A program made the position numbers and the translations under genes. Shown here in pieces: positions 1 to 11,838 of a stretch of 38,890 nucleotides of DNA (position 1 is its first letter; each line of letters starts with the position of its first letter). The notes under the pieces were generated by a model that was not told where the DNA came from, did no database searches, and saw only the letters and a list, made by a program, of their open reading frames with translations. This stretch comes from an uncultured Ruminococcus sp. (GTDB lineage Bacteria > Bacillota > Clostridia > RUG12999): assembly GCA_902784685.1 (NCBI GenBank), contig CACZWA010000013.1:1-38890 (forward strand), given 5' to 3'.

Positions 1-95
1 AGAAAAATCACGACAAGCTCCGCGCGCTCTACGACCACGGCTATGACTGCACAATGGCACAAATAGACAAAATAAATGCGCTGTTCACAGAATAA
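1..95 (+). CDS. 3' end of a gene running in from the left, probably patatin-family protein C-terminus
   Basis: Frame 3..95 reads KNHDKLRALYDHGYDCTMAQIDKINALFTE*. The 'KLRALYxxGY' ending resembles Firmicute patatin-family proteins. Its stop overlaps the convergent PPTase end. Confidence 0.5.
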   Translation, partial: KNHDKLRALYDHGYDCTMAQIDKINALFTE

Positions 96-609
96 AAAGC
101 TTTGCGTTTTCGGCATTTTCACCCACTGCCGAAAGAACGTATTTATCCGTTTTCAGGCTTAACATATGCTCGCACCGTTTTCGGTAATCGCCGTAAAGCT
201 TGAAATTTGCCTCCTTCACCGTCCACACGGCGGTGAAGGCTTCTTTTTTATTGTCAGCATTTTTTATTATTTCCTTCTCATCGTCTGAAAAAAAACGCTC
301 CGCTATTTTTTTGTTTTCTTCCGAAAGTACCTGAATATCAATCCCGACAGGCTTTTTTGAAAGCGCAACCGCCGCTATACTTTGGCTATGGCTGATACTT
401 ATGTAAAGCTCCGCTCCTTCTATATGCGGCTTTCCTTTTTCGTCACGAACTATTTTGCAGTTTTTGTTAAGACCAAGGTCGCTTTTGGCACGCTCAAAAA
501 CAAGCTCCACGCTTTTAAGCTCCGCCATGCGCCTGTAACGTTTTGTTCCGTCACCGCTTTTCTCATAATCGCCCGCAAGCCACGAAAAATCAGTTAAATA
601 TATATACAT
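85..609 (-). CDS. 4'-phosphopantetheinyl transferase (Sfp-type)
   Basis: GKP, SISHS, VGIDIQ and WTVKEANFK motifs. Confidence 0.9.
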   Translation of the reverse strand: MYIYLTDFSWLAGDYEKSGDGTKRYRRMAELKSVELVFERAKSDLGLNKNCKIVRDEKGKPHIEGAELYISISHSQSIAAVALSKKPVGIDIQVLSEENKKIAERFFSDDEKEIIKNADNKKEAFTAVWTVKEANFKLYGDYRKRCEHMLSLKTDKYVLSAVGENAENAKLFIL

Positions 610-640
610 TTTCTTTCATCTCGCTTTAAGCTTTTTATAT

Positions 641-669
641 ATTTTACCTCATTTATTGTTTTTTTGCAA
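641..669 (-). promoter_or_regulatory. sigmaA-type promoter for PPTase
   Basis: TTGCAA-17-TAAAAT on the minus strand. Confidence 0.5.
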
Positions 670-769
670 GTACGTCAAAATTACAGTTGTATTTATAAAC
701 AATATTGACTAAAAAATATCAATATTTTTTGTCATTATATATAAATATAGAAAAAATTATATAAAGCTC

Positions 770-798
770 TTGCATTTTTTTTCCTTTTGGTGTAAAAT
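770..798 (+). promoter_or_regulatory. sigmaA-type promoter for pgk operon
   Basis: TTGCAT(770-775)-17-TAAAAT(793-798). Confidence 0.6.
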
Positions 799-909
799 AT
801 TATATGGTATATATTGTCCTTTTTATGCTTTTTCGCTGTCGGATAAATATACCCTGCCGTTACGGCGGCAAAATATAATATGTTAATTTTTTATAATGAG
901 GTGTTATTT

Positions 910-2097
910 ATGTTAAACAAAAAAACCGTTGAAGACATTGATGTCAGCGGAAAAAAAGTTCTTGTAAGATGTGACTTTAACGTTCCGCTCGACGCTGACG
1001 GAAACATTACGGACGAAAACCGTATTGTCGGCGCTCTTCCCACAATTGAGTATCTTATAAAGAACAATGCAAAGGTTATTCTTTGCTCGCACATGGGCAG
1101 ACCGAAAGGCGAATTTAATATGAAATACAGCTTGGCTCCTGTTGCAAAGAGACTTTCAGAAAAGCTCGGCAAAGAAGTTAAACTTGCAAAAGACGTTATC
1201 GGCGACAGCGCAAAAGAACTTGTTGCAGGTCTTAAAGACGGCGACGTTATGCTTCTTGAAAACGTTCGTTTCCATGCTGAAGAAGAAAAGAACGACCCTG
1301 CTTTTGCAAAAGCTCTCAGCGAATTTGCGGATATATTCGTAAACGACGCTTTCGGAACAGCTCACAGAGCGCACGCTTCAACAGCAGGCGTTGCAAACTA
1401 TCTTCCCGCCGTTTCGGGTTATCTTATCAAAAAAGAAATTGACTTTATGGGCAAAGCTCTTTCAAACCCCGACCGTCCGTTTGTTGCAATTCTCGGCGGC
1501 GCAAAGGTTAAAGACAAAATCGGCGTTATAAACAACCTTCTTGAAAAGGTTGACTCTATCGTTATAGGCGGCGGTATGGCTTACACGTTCATAAAAGCTA
1601 TGGGCGGAAGCATAGGAAAATCTCTTCTTGACGAAGAAAGACTTGACTACTGCAAAGAAATCCTTGCAAAAGCAAAGGATAAAGGCGTAAAACTCCTTCT
1701 TCCGGTTGATAACGTTGTAGCTGACGATTTCAGCAACGATGCAAACTTTAAAGTTGTTGATTCTATGGCTATTCCGGACGACTACCAGGGTATGGATATA
1801 GGTCCTAAGTCGATAGAACAGTTCAAAGAAACAATCCTTGCCGCAAAGACAATTGTATGGAACGGTCCTATGGGCGTATTTGAAATGCCGAATTTTGCAA
1901 AAGGTACAATTGCGGTAGCTCAGATGGTTGCAGACGCAGACGCAACAACAATCATCGGCGGCGGCGACTCGGCAGCGGCTGTTGAACAGCTTGGCTTTGC
2001 GGATAAAATGTCGCATATCTCAACAGGCGGCGGCGCAAGCCTTGAATTCCTTGAAGGTCTTGAACTTCCCGGAATTGCTTGTCTTGAGGATAAATAA
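910..2097 (+). CDS. pgk: phosphoglycerate kinase
   Basis: [41 protein letters not shown] 910 follows RBS GAGGTG. Confidence 0.99.
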   Translation: MLNKKTVEDIDVSGKKVLVRCDFNVPLDADGNITDENRIVGALPTIEYLIKNNAKVILCSHMGRPKGEFNMKYSLAPVAKRLSEKLGKEVKLAKDVIGDSAKELVAGLKDGDVMLLENVRFHAEEEKNDPAFAKALSEFADIFVNDAFGTAHRAHASTAGVANYLPAVSGYLIKKEIDFMGKALSNPDRPFVAILGGAKVKDKIGVINNLLEKVDSIVIGGGMAYTFIKAMGGSIGKSLLDEERLDYCKEILAKAKDKGVKLLLPVDNVVADDFSNDANFKVVDSMAIPDDYQGMDIGPKSIEQFKETILAAKTIVWNGPMGVFEMPNFAKGTIAVAQMVADADATTIIGGGDSAAAVEQLGFADKMSHISTGGGASLEFLEGLELPGIACLEDK

Positions 2098-2126
2098 GAA
2101 TCTTTTTGAAAGGAATGTCATTAAAA

Positions 2127-2885
2127 ATGAGAAAAAAGTTAATTGCCGGCAACTGGAAAATGAACAACACTCCTTCTCAGGGCACTGCTCTCATTGCCGA
2201 AATAAAAGAAACTGCGGATAAAGCAACCTGTGATGTTGTTGTTTGCACTCCGTACATTTGCCTTCCGGCGGCTGTTGAAGCCGCAAAAGGCAGTAAAATT
2301 GCCGTATCTGCCGAAAATATGCACTTTGAGGACAAAGGTGCATTTACAGGTGAGATTTCAGCCGAAATGCTTAAAGAGGTCGGCGTAACATACACAGTTA
2401 TCGGTCACTCCGAAAGACGTCAGTATTTTGCGGAAACAGACGAAACCGTTAACCTTAAAACTCTTAAAGCTCTCGAAAATGATATTACTCCCATCGTTTG
2501 TGTAGGAGAATCACTTTCTCAGCGTGAAAACGGCGTAACCTTCGACTTTATTGCTATGCAGGTTAAGCTTGCTCTTAAAAACGTTTCGGCTAAGGACGCC
2601 GAAAAGGTTGTTATTGCTTACGAGCCTATTTGGGCAATCGGAACAGGCAAAACAGCTACCGACGAGCAGGCAAATGAAGTTTGCGCTTTCATTCGTGAAA
2701 CGGTTAAAGCTCTTTACGGCGCAAAAGTTGCCGACGAAATAAAAATTCTTTACGGCGGCAGTATGAATGCCAAAAATGCAGCCGGACTTCTTGCACAGAG
2801 CGATATTGACGGCGGTCTTATCGGCGGCGCAAGTCTTAAAGCTCCCGATTTCTGCACAATTATAAACGCTGCAACAAATGCATAA
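2127..2885 (+). CDS. tpiA: triosephosphate isomerase
   Basis: [38 protein letters not shown] 2127 chosen after GAAAGGA. Confidence 0.99.
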   Translation: MRKKLIAGNWKMNNTPSQGTALIAEIKETADKATCDVVVCTPYICLPAAVEAAKGSKIAVSAENMHFEDKGAFTGEISAEMLKEVGVTYTVIGHSERRQYFAETDETVNLKTLKALENDITPIVCVGESLSQRENGVTFDFIAMQVKLALKNVSAKDAEKVVIAYEPIWAIGTGKTATDEQANEVCAFIRETVKALYGAKVADEIKILYGGSMNAKNAAGLLAQSDIDGGLIGGASLKAPDFCTIINAATNA

Positions 2886-2899
2886 GGAGGCTTAACACT

Positions 2900-4411
2900 A
2901 TGGCAAAAAAACCTCTTGCATTAATTATTATGGACGGCTACGGTGTAACGCAGGACGAAAGCGTAAGCGCAATCGCAAAAGCAAAAACGCCGAATATGGA
3001 CAGATATTTAAAAGAATATCCGAACTCTCAGCTTAACGCAAGCGGTCTTGCCGTTGGACTTCCCGACGGACAGATGGGTAACTCCGAGGTCGGACATACA
3101 AATATCGGTGCCGGCAGAATTGTGTATCAGGAGCTTACAAGAATAACAAAGGCAATCGAGGAAGGACCGTTTTTTGAAAACGATGTGCTTGTTTCCGCTA
3201 TGGAAAATTGCAAAAAATACGGAAGCAAACTTCATCTTATAGGTCTTTTGTCGGACGGTGGCGTTCACAGCCACAACACTCACCTTTATGCTCTTGTAGA
3301 GATGGCTAAAAAATGCGGTGTGACCGACGTTAACGTTCATGCCCTTCTTGACGGACGTGACGTTCCGCCGAACTCAGGCGCAGGCTACGTTAAAGAGCTT
3401 GATGCAAAGCTTAAAGAAATCGGTGTTGGCAAAATAGCTACCGTTGCAGGCAGATACTACGCCATGGACCGAGATAATCGCTGGGACAGAGTAGAAAAAG
3501 CCTACGACGCAATTGCACTCGGTATCGGTGAAAAAGCCTTTGATGCCGTAGACGCTGTTGAAAAATCTTATGATGCAAAAGTTTTTGACGAATTTGTTGT
3601 TCCTACGGTAATTGCCGGCGGCGCAAAAGTCGAAAAAAACGACAGCATAATTTTCTTCAATTTCAGACCCGACAGAGCAAGAGAGCTCACTCGTTGCTTT
3701 GTTGACGACGCTTTTTCGGGATTTGAAAGAAAAGTATATAATAAGGTATTCTACGTTTGTATGACACAGTACGACGCTTCAATGCCTAATGTTGAAATTG
3801 CTTTTAAGCCCGAAACCCTTAAAAACACTCTCGGCGAATATTTAAGCGAAAAAGGCTTAAAACAGCTTAGAATTGCCGAAACCGAAAAATATGCTCACGT
3901 TACGTTCTTCTTTAACGGAGGCGTTGAGAAAGTGTATGACGGCGAGGACAGAGCGCTTATTCCCTCACCGAAGGTTGCAACCTACGACCTTCAGCCCGAA
4001 ATGAGCGCATACGAAGTAACCGACGAGGTTTTGAAACGTATTGCAAGTGACAAATACGATGTTATTATACTTAACTTTGCAAATTGCGATATGGTAGGAC
4101 ATACAGGCTTTATGGACGCCGCAATCAAAGCGGTTGAAACCGTTGACGAGTGCCTCGGCAAGGTGGTTGACGCAATTACCGCAAAAGGCGGTGCGCTTTT
4201 AATAACTGCGGACCACGGCAACGCCGACTGCATGGTAGACACGGACGGCGGTCCTTTCACGGCGCACACCACAAATCCTGTTCCGCTTGTTATGATAGGT
4301 TTTGACGGCAAGCTTCATAACGGCGGTCTTTCGGACCTTGCGCCCACAATGCTTACAATGCTTGGGCTTGATATTCCCGAAGAAATGACAGGAAAATCAC
4401 TTATAGATTAA
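2900..4411 (+). CDS. gpmI: 2,3-bisphosphoglycerate-independent phosphoglycerate mutase
   Basis: [48 protein letters not shown]. Confidence 0.99.
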   Translation: MAKKPLALIIMDGYGVTQDESVSAIAKAKTPNMDRYLKEYPNSQLNASGLAVGLPDGQMGNSEVGHTNIGAGRIVYQELTRITKAIEEGPFFENDVLVSAMENCKKYGSKLHLIGLLSDGGVHSHNTHLYALVEMAKKCGVTDVNVHALLDGRDVPPNSGAGYVKELDAKLKEIGVGKIATVAGRYYAMDRDNRWDRVEKAYDAIALGIGEKAFDAVDAVEKSYDAKVFDEFVVPTVIAGGAKVEKNDSIIFFNFRPDRARELTRCFVDDAFSGFERKVYNKVFYVCMTQYDASMPNVEIAFKPETLKNTLGEYLSEKGLKQLRIAETEKYAHVTFFFNGGVEKVYDGEDRALIPSPKVATYDLQPEMSAYEVTDEVLKRIASDKYDVIILNFANCDMVGHTGFMDAAIKAVETVDECLGKVVDAITAKGGALLITADHGNADCMVDTDGGPFTAHTTNPVPLVMIGFDGKLHNGGLSDLAPTMLTMLGLDIPEEMTGKSLID

Positions 4412-4483
4412 CTTTTGTGTTTTTACGTTTGCGGTGAAAAAATACTGCCGCAAACGAGAAATAAATTTTAAAATAATTTTTAG

Positions 4484-8032
<3,549 letters not shown>

Positions 8033-8056
8033 TAAATATTCGTAAAACGGTAAATT

Positions 8057-8091
8057 TATGCGGTACGCCTTTTGGCGTACCGCATATTTTT
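8057..8091 (+). terminator. intrinsic terminator, probably bidirectional
   Basis: TATGCGGTACGCC-TTTT-GGCGTACCGCATA then TTTTT, between convergent genes. Confidence 0.9.
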
Positions 8092-8098
8092 GTATATA

Positions 8099-10333
8099 CT
8101 ATGGTATAAGAATTACAGCTTCGCATATCGGTCTAATACTGTCTCCCTTTTCAAAAGCCATAACCTTTATTTCATCAAACTCCCCTTTTAAAGTACTCAC
8201 AACTTCATATTCACCGAAATCCTCTTTGTGATAAGCTGTAAGGCGCTTGTTACTGTATGCCGCAATTACAACATCACAAGCCTCACTAACATTGTTAATT
8301 TGTGCTCTCACCGTGTAACTTGTTCCTTCTGTTGTAACCTCTGCCAGAAGCTTTGGCTTAGGAACACTCCAATGTGCATATAGATTTTTACAAGAAACGG
8401 AAACAGCCGATTCTTCGGTTATCTGCACTCCTCCGTCAGCTGAATCATACCAACCTTCAAAAACTCTCCCGTTACAGTCATTTAATTGAGGTAATGTGCC
8501 ATAGCTACTGCCAACCATAACGTTTTTCCCCTTTTCAATAAGCCGTGAGTTTTCATCCCATATCTGCAATTCATTTGTATCTATATTGTAAACTGCGTAA
8601 TCTCCCTCTTCTACGTTATCACATAACCACGATGAGGCTGTTCCGTTGCCGGATGCTATGAATCCCTTATGCGGAACAGTTGCATTTCCCTTGTACCATT
8701 CGAGTTTCTCAACCCTACCGTTAGCACCTACAAGAATTTCAGTACCCCACGAATTAGTTCCTGTGGTCTGCTCACTGTTATTGTATATAACCATTTTGTC
8801 CGCACCCCTGCCACCGTTAACCAAATCGGGATAATATACTGCTTTTGGCGCAATTATAAAGCCATCATTATTACAATTAAAGTTGATTTTTTCTATATTT
8901 ATTTTTTCAATATCAAAAAGCTGTGAGTTTGTTCCTTTAATAGTATAAGTTTGTACATTTGCGCCTTCGCTTGCTGCTAAAAAATCAGCTACATGTTGTG
9001 TACACTTTGCCCTTAAAATATAACGACTGCCATTTTTATAAATATACCATTTCTGCGCATTGTTACCATTATCGCCTGCAACCTTGATATTCGTTGCTGC
9101 AAATGTACCTGCCAAATGAACATCTAAACACAAATTATCGTAGTATGAAACTATCTTATAGGAATAATCATCATACCTTACAAAATGCCACCATTGGTTT
9201 TCATTGTTCTTATATTCTCTCATCGAAACATTGATTGAATCATTTGTAAAGCACATATCGTAATAAGGATTTATAATTTTTGCATCAAAGTCTTCACCCA
9301 AATCAATATTACAACCTGCTATGTGCGACTCTATTGTGAACAGCTGAACATTAGTTCCGTTAGCTGTATATGTCCATACGTTAGCTCCGTCTCCTGTTGT
9401 GATGTTATCAACATCTATTACGCAGCTTGTGCAAAGGGCACGCAAAACATACTTATTCTGCGAACCTGTTATTGCCCACTTCTGAGCATTACCCCCATTA
9501 TCTGTCGCAACTTTTATATTTGTCTTTATACCGGTACCTGACAAATGTACATCAAGACATTTTGATGTATCTTTCATTGATATTATCTTATATGTTCCAT
9601 CGCTGTTCCTTATAAAATGCCACCACTGACTATCGGAATTTGAATCAGTTCTTACCGAGACATTATCTGAATCATTTGTTAGGCACAAACCATAATAAGT
9701 ATTTTTTATCTTTGCATAAAAATCTCCACCCAAATCTACATATGCATTCAAATCTTTATAATCATTTCCATTTTGATGCCTTATGTATCCGTATCCCGAA
9801 CTCATGACAAGCTTTTTATTCACCTTTGTCTGAAGTTCAGACTTTGAAATTGTTCTGTCCCATTTTATTTTATTTGAATAACTTACACTGCCAACTTTGC
9901 CGCCATTACAATCGGTATAATATAATGTATTTCCGTCAATACCGGTTATTATGATTGAATGGTCATATTCTATTGTAGAGTTATAACGCACATAATCCCC
10001 TATGCATATGTTGTTTACATTAGTATGAGTCTCTCCTGTTGAAATGCTTTTCTCCCAAAGAGTATCATAAACTTTACATCCCCAAGCTAAACACTGCCAA
10101 GAGCCATAACCCGATAAATCCTTATATCCCATGCTGTATCCGCCAATATCGCTATCATATATCTGCGCATTATAAAATTTGGTTTGCGAGGTTCCGTCAG
10201 GATATTGACTTTTTAACGAGTCAAGTCTTTGTTTAATAGTATCCTTTGTCGGAATGGCAGCACTTACCGTCATAAAATGACAAACAAACATTAATATAGA
10301 TACCAACAAAATCATTATTATACTCTTTTTCAT
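8099..10333 (-). CDS. secreted multidomain protein: signal peptide, CHAP/NlpC-P60-like domain, two ricin-type beta-trefoils, InlB B-repeat, C-terminal beta-rich domain
   Basis: MKK + hydrophobic stretch + VSA/A cleavage; QC81...GD...H125...D141xN; duplicated ~135-aa units with QWW/QKW/QLF and CLDV; YGTLP...FEGWY...LYAHW. Confidence 0.8.
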   Translation of the reverse strand: MKKSIIMILLVSILMFVCHFMTVSAAIPTKDTIKQRLDSLKSQYPDGTSQTKFYNAQIYDSDIGGYSMGYKDLSGYGSWQCLAWGCKVYDTLWEKSISTGETHTNVNNICIGDYVRYNSTIEYDHSIIITGIDGNTLYYTDCNGGKVGSVSYSNKIKWDRTISKSELQTKVNKKLVMSSGYGYIRHQNGNDYKDLNAYVDLGGDFYAKIKNTYYGLCLTNDSDNVSVRTDSNSDSQWWHFIRNSDGTYKIISMKDTSKCLDVHLSGTGIKTNIKVATDNGGNAQKWAITGSQNKYVLRALCTSCVIDVDNITTGDGANVWTYTANGTNVQLFTIESHIAGCNIDLGEDFDAKIINPYYDMCFTNDSINVSMREYKNNENQWWHFVRYDDYSYKIVSYYDNLCLDVHLAGTFAATNIKVAGDNGNNAQKWYIYKNGSRYILRAKCTQHVADFLAASEGANVQTYTIKGTNSQLFDIEKINIEKINFNCNNDGFIIAPKAVYYPDLVNGGRGADKMVIYNNSEQTTGTNSWGTEILVGANGRVEKLEWYKGNATVPHKGFIASGNGTASSWLCDNVEEGDYAVYNIDTNELQIWDENSRLIEKGKNVMVGSSYGTLPQLNDCNGRVFEGWYDSADGGVQITEESAVSVSCKNLYAHWSVPKPKLLAEVTTEGTSYTVRAQINNVSEACDVVIAAYSNKRLTAYHKEDFGEYEVVSTLKGEFDEIKVMAFEKGDSIRPICEAVILIP

Positions 10334-10391
10334 TTCTATTTCCCTCCATAAACACCAAAATTTGACATTCAGTAAATGTCAATATGTTTTT

Positions 10392-10420
10392 ATTATAACA
10401 TATAATAATAAAAAAGGCAA
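10392..10420 (-). promoter_or_regulatory. extended -10 promoter for the lectin/CHAP gene
   Basis: TTGCCT-17-TATAAT with TGn extension (TGTTATAAT). Confidence 0.6.
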
Positions 10421-10467
10421 GTACTAAATGTCATTTTTAAATCTTTTTTAATTTTTAGGGTGATTAT

Positions 10468-10719
10468 ATGTTTAAAAATAAAAATGAAAATGGACTAAAT
10501 AACATAAGCGGAAAGAAAATTGCATTATTAAGGAAAAATGTGAAACCGAAAATGTCACAAAGAGTACTTGCGGAAAAACTTCAGCTTCAGGGAATTGATG
10601 TTGATAAAAACGCTGTGCAAAGAATTGAGTGTGGAAAACGCTTTGTTACTGATATCGAGCTTGTCTCTTTTGCAAAAATTTTTGATATTTCTGTAGATGA
10701 ACTCCTTGGTCTTAAATAA
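10468..10719 (+). CDS. XRE-family helix-turn-helix regulator
   Basis: 83 aa; GKKIALLRK...MSQRVLAEKL...VQRIECGKR...FAKIFDISVDELL. Confidence 0.9.
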   Translation: MFKNKNENGLNNISGKKIALLRKNVKPKMSQRVLAEKLQLQGIDVDKNAVQRIECGKRFVTDIELVSFAKIFDISVDELLGLK

Positions 10720-10808
10720 AGAAATTCATTCTTACAAATTCGGGCTACCGCAATATACCGCTTATATATGCGGTTTGAGTTTTTATTTGATTTTTACGGT
10801 AAATAAAC

Positions 10809-10838
10809 GCCCACCGCTAAATTAGCAGTGGGCTTCTT
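10809..10838. terminator. hairpin between convergent XRE gene and acpP
   Basis: GCCCACCGCTAA-A-TTAGCAGTGGGC near-perfect inverted repeat. Confidence 0.7.
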
Positions 10839-10850
10839 GCTATATTTTAC

Positions 10851-11084
10851 TTAAAGTTCTATTCCGTTATCCTCAACAAATTTTACTATATCGCCGACGG
10901 TTTTTACCGACTCAAGCGCTTCATCGGGAATTTCAAGGCTAAACTCATCTTCAAGCGACATTACAAGGTCAACAAGCGCAAGTGAGTCTGCTCCCAAATC
11001 ATCTTTAATGGATGACTCCGGTGTTATTGAATCTTCCTCAATCATAAGTTCACTTGCTATAATCTTTCTTATTTTTTCAAACAT
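10851..11084 (-). CDS. acpP: acyl carrier protein
   Basis: 77 aa, acidic, DDLGADSL phosphopantetheine site, EDEFSLEIPDE...KTVGD. ATG 11084 follows GAAAGGAA. Confidence 0.93.
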   Translation of the reverse strand: MFEKIRKIIASELMIEEDSITPESSIKDDLGADSLALVDLVMSLEDEFSLEIPDEALESVKTVGDIVKFVEDNGIEL

Positions 11085-11134
11085 TTTTCTCTTTCCTTTC
11101 AAGGTTATATTTTCACCCGCTTTTGCGGATTAAG

Positions 11135-11833
11135 TTACTTATTTCTGTAAGTTTTAAGCAGTTCCTTCATGCTGTCCGAAATACGATAGCTCTCAACCGC
11201 CTTCTGAATTGCCTTGCGGTGAACATCGGGGCTTAAACGCTTTTCGGTTATAAATGTCAGTGCCTGCTCAGGCTGCTTATAAAGAGCCGTAGCAAAATAC
11301 CACGCAATCATCATATTTATATAGTATTCATCTGAGCGAATTTCCCCTACTGCCGACATATATTCAGGCTCAAAAAAGTCGTCCAAAAACAAATTCATCA
11401 AAAGCCCTATCCCGTACCTTACGGTATAAGTTTTATCACTTTTAAGCCAGTCAAAAATTTTGTTAAGAAGTCTTTTTCGACTATCAGCCAAACCAAGCGA
11501 CTTTTTAAAAGCTTTCGGCTGAAAACAGTCACAGGTTGCCCAGTTATCTATATACGGCACAAATCGCTCCGTTTCGGCAAGAGCCGTATCGAAATCAGCA
11601 ATATCCGCCACCAAAAAAGCATGAAGATTATTCTCCTCATAATACTTATGCGGCAAATTCTTCAAAAAAGCCTCCGCCTCATTCGTTTTTTTAAATTCTT
11701 TTGCAAATTTGCGAAGGACAGGCGTTCTTATACCGATAATTCTCTCTTTTTCTATTGTCGGCATAAGTCGGCTGTGAAAATCACGGTAGTTACAATCCTG
11801 AAGCTCAAAAAGTTTTTTCTGCAAATCTGTCAT
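11135..11833 (-). CDS. DNA alkylation repair protein (AlkD-like HEAT-repeat glycosylase family)
   Basis: IGIRTPVLR, YYEE, IDNWATCD, EYYINMMIAWYFATAL. Confidence 0.85.
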   Translation of the reverse strand: MTDLQKKLFELQDCNYRDFHSRLMPTIEKERIIGIRTPVLRKFAKEFKKTNEAEAFLKNLPHKYYEENNLHAFLVADIADFDTALAETERFVPYIDNWATCDCFQPKAFKKSLGLADSRKRLLNKIFDWLKSDKTYTVRYGIGLLMNLFLDDFFEPEYMSAVGEIRSDEYYINMMIAWYFATALYKQPEQALTFITEKRLSPDVHRKAIQKAVESYRISDSMKELLKTYRNK

Positions 11834-11838
11834 GATAA

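Noticed and set aside
701-726. Inverted repeat AATATTGA-N10-TCAATATT as an operator
   Set aside because: Lies in very AT-rich DNA and matches no motif I can assign
8047-10804. ACGGTAAAT at 8047-8055 and 10796-10804 as an att site or target duplication of the cassette
   Set aside because: Only 9 bp, AT-rich, and no recombinase nearby; chance cannot be excluded without an empty-site genome
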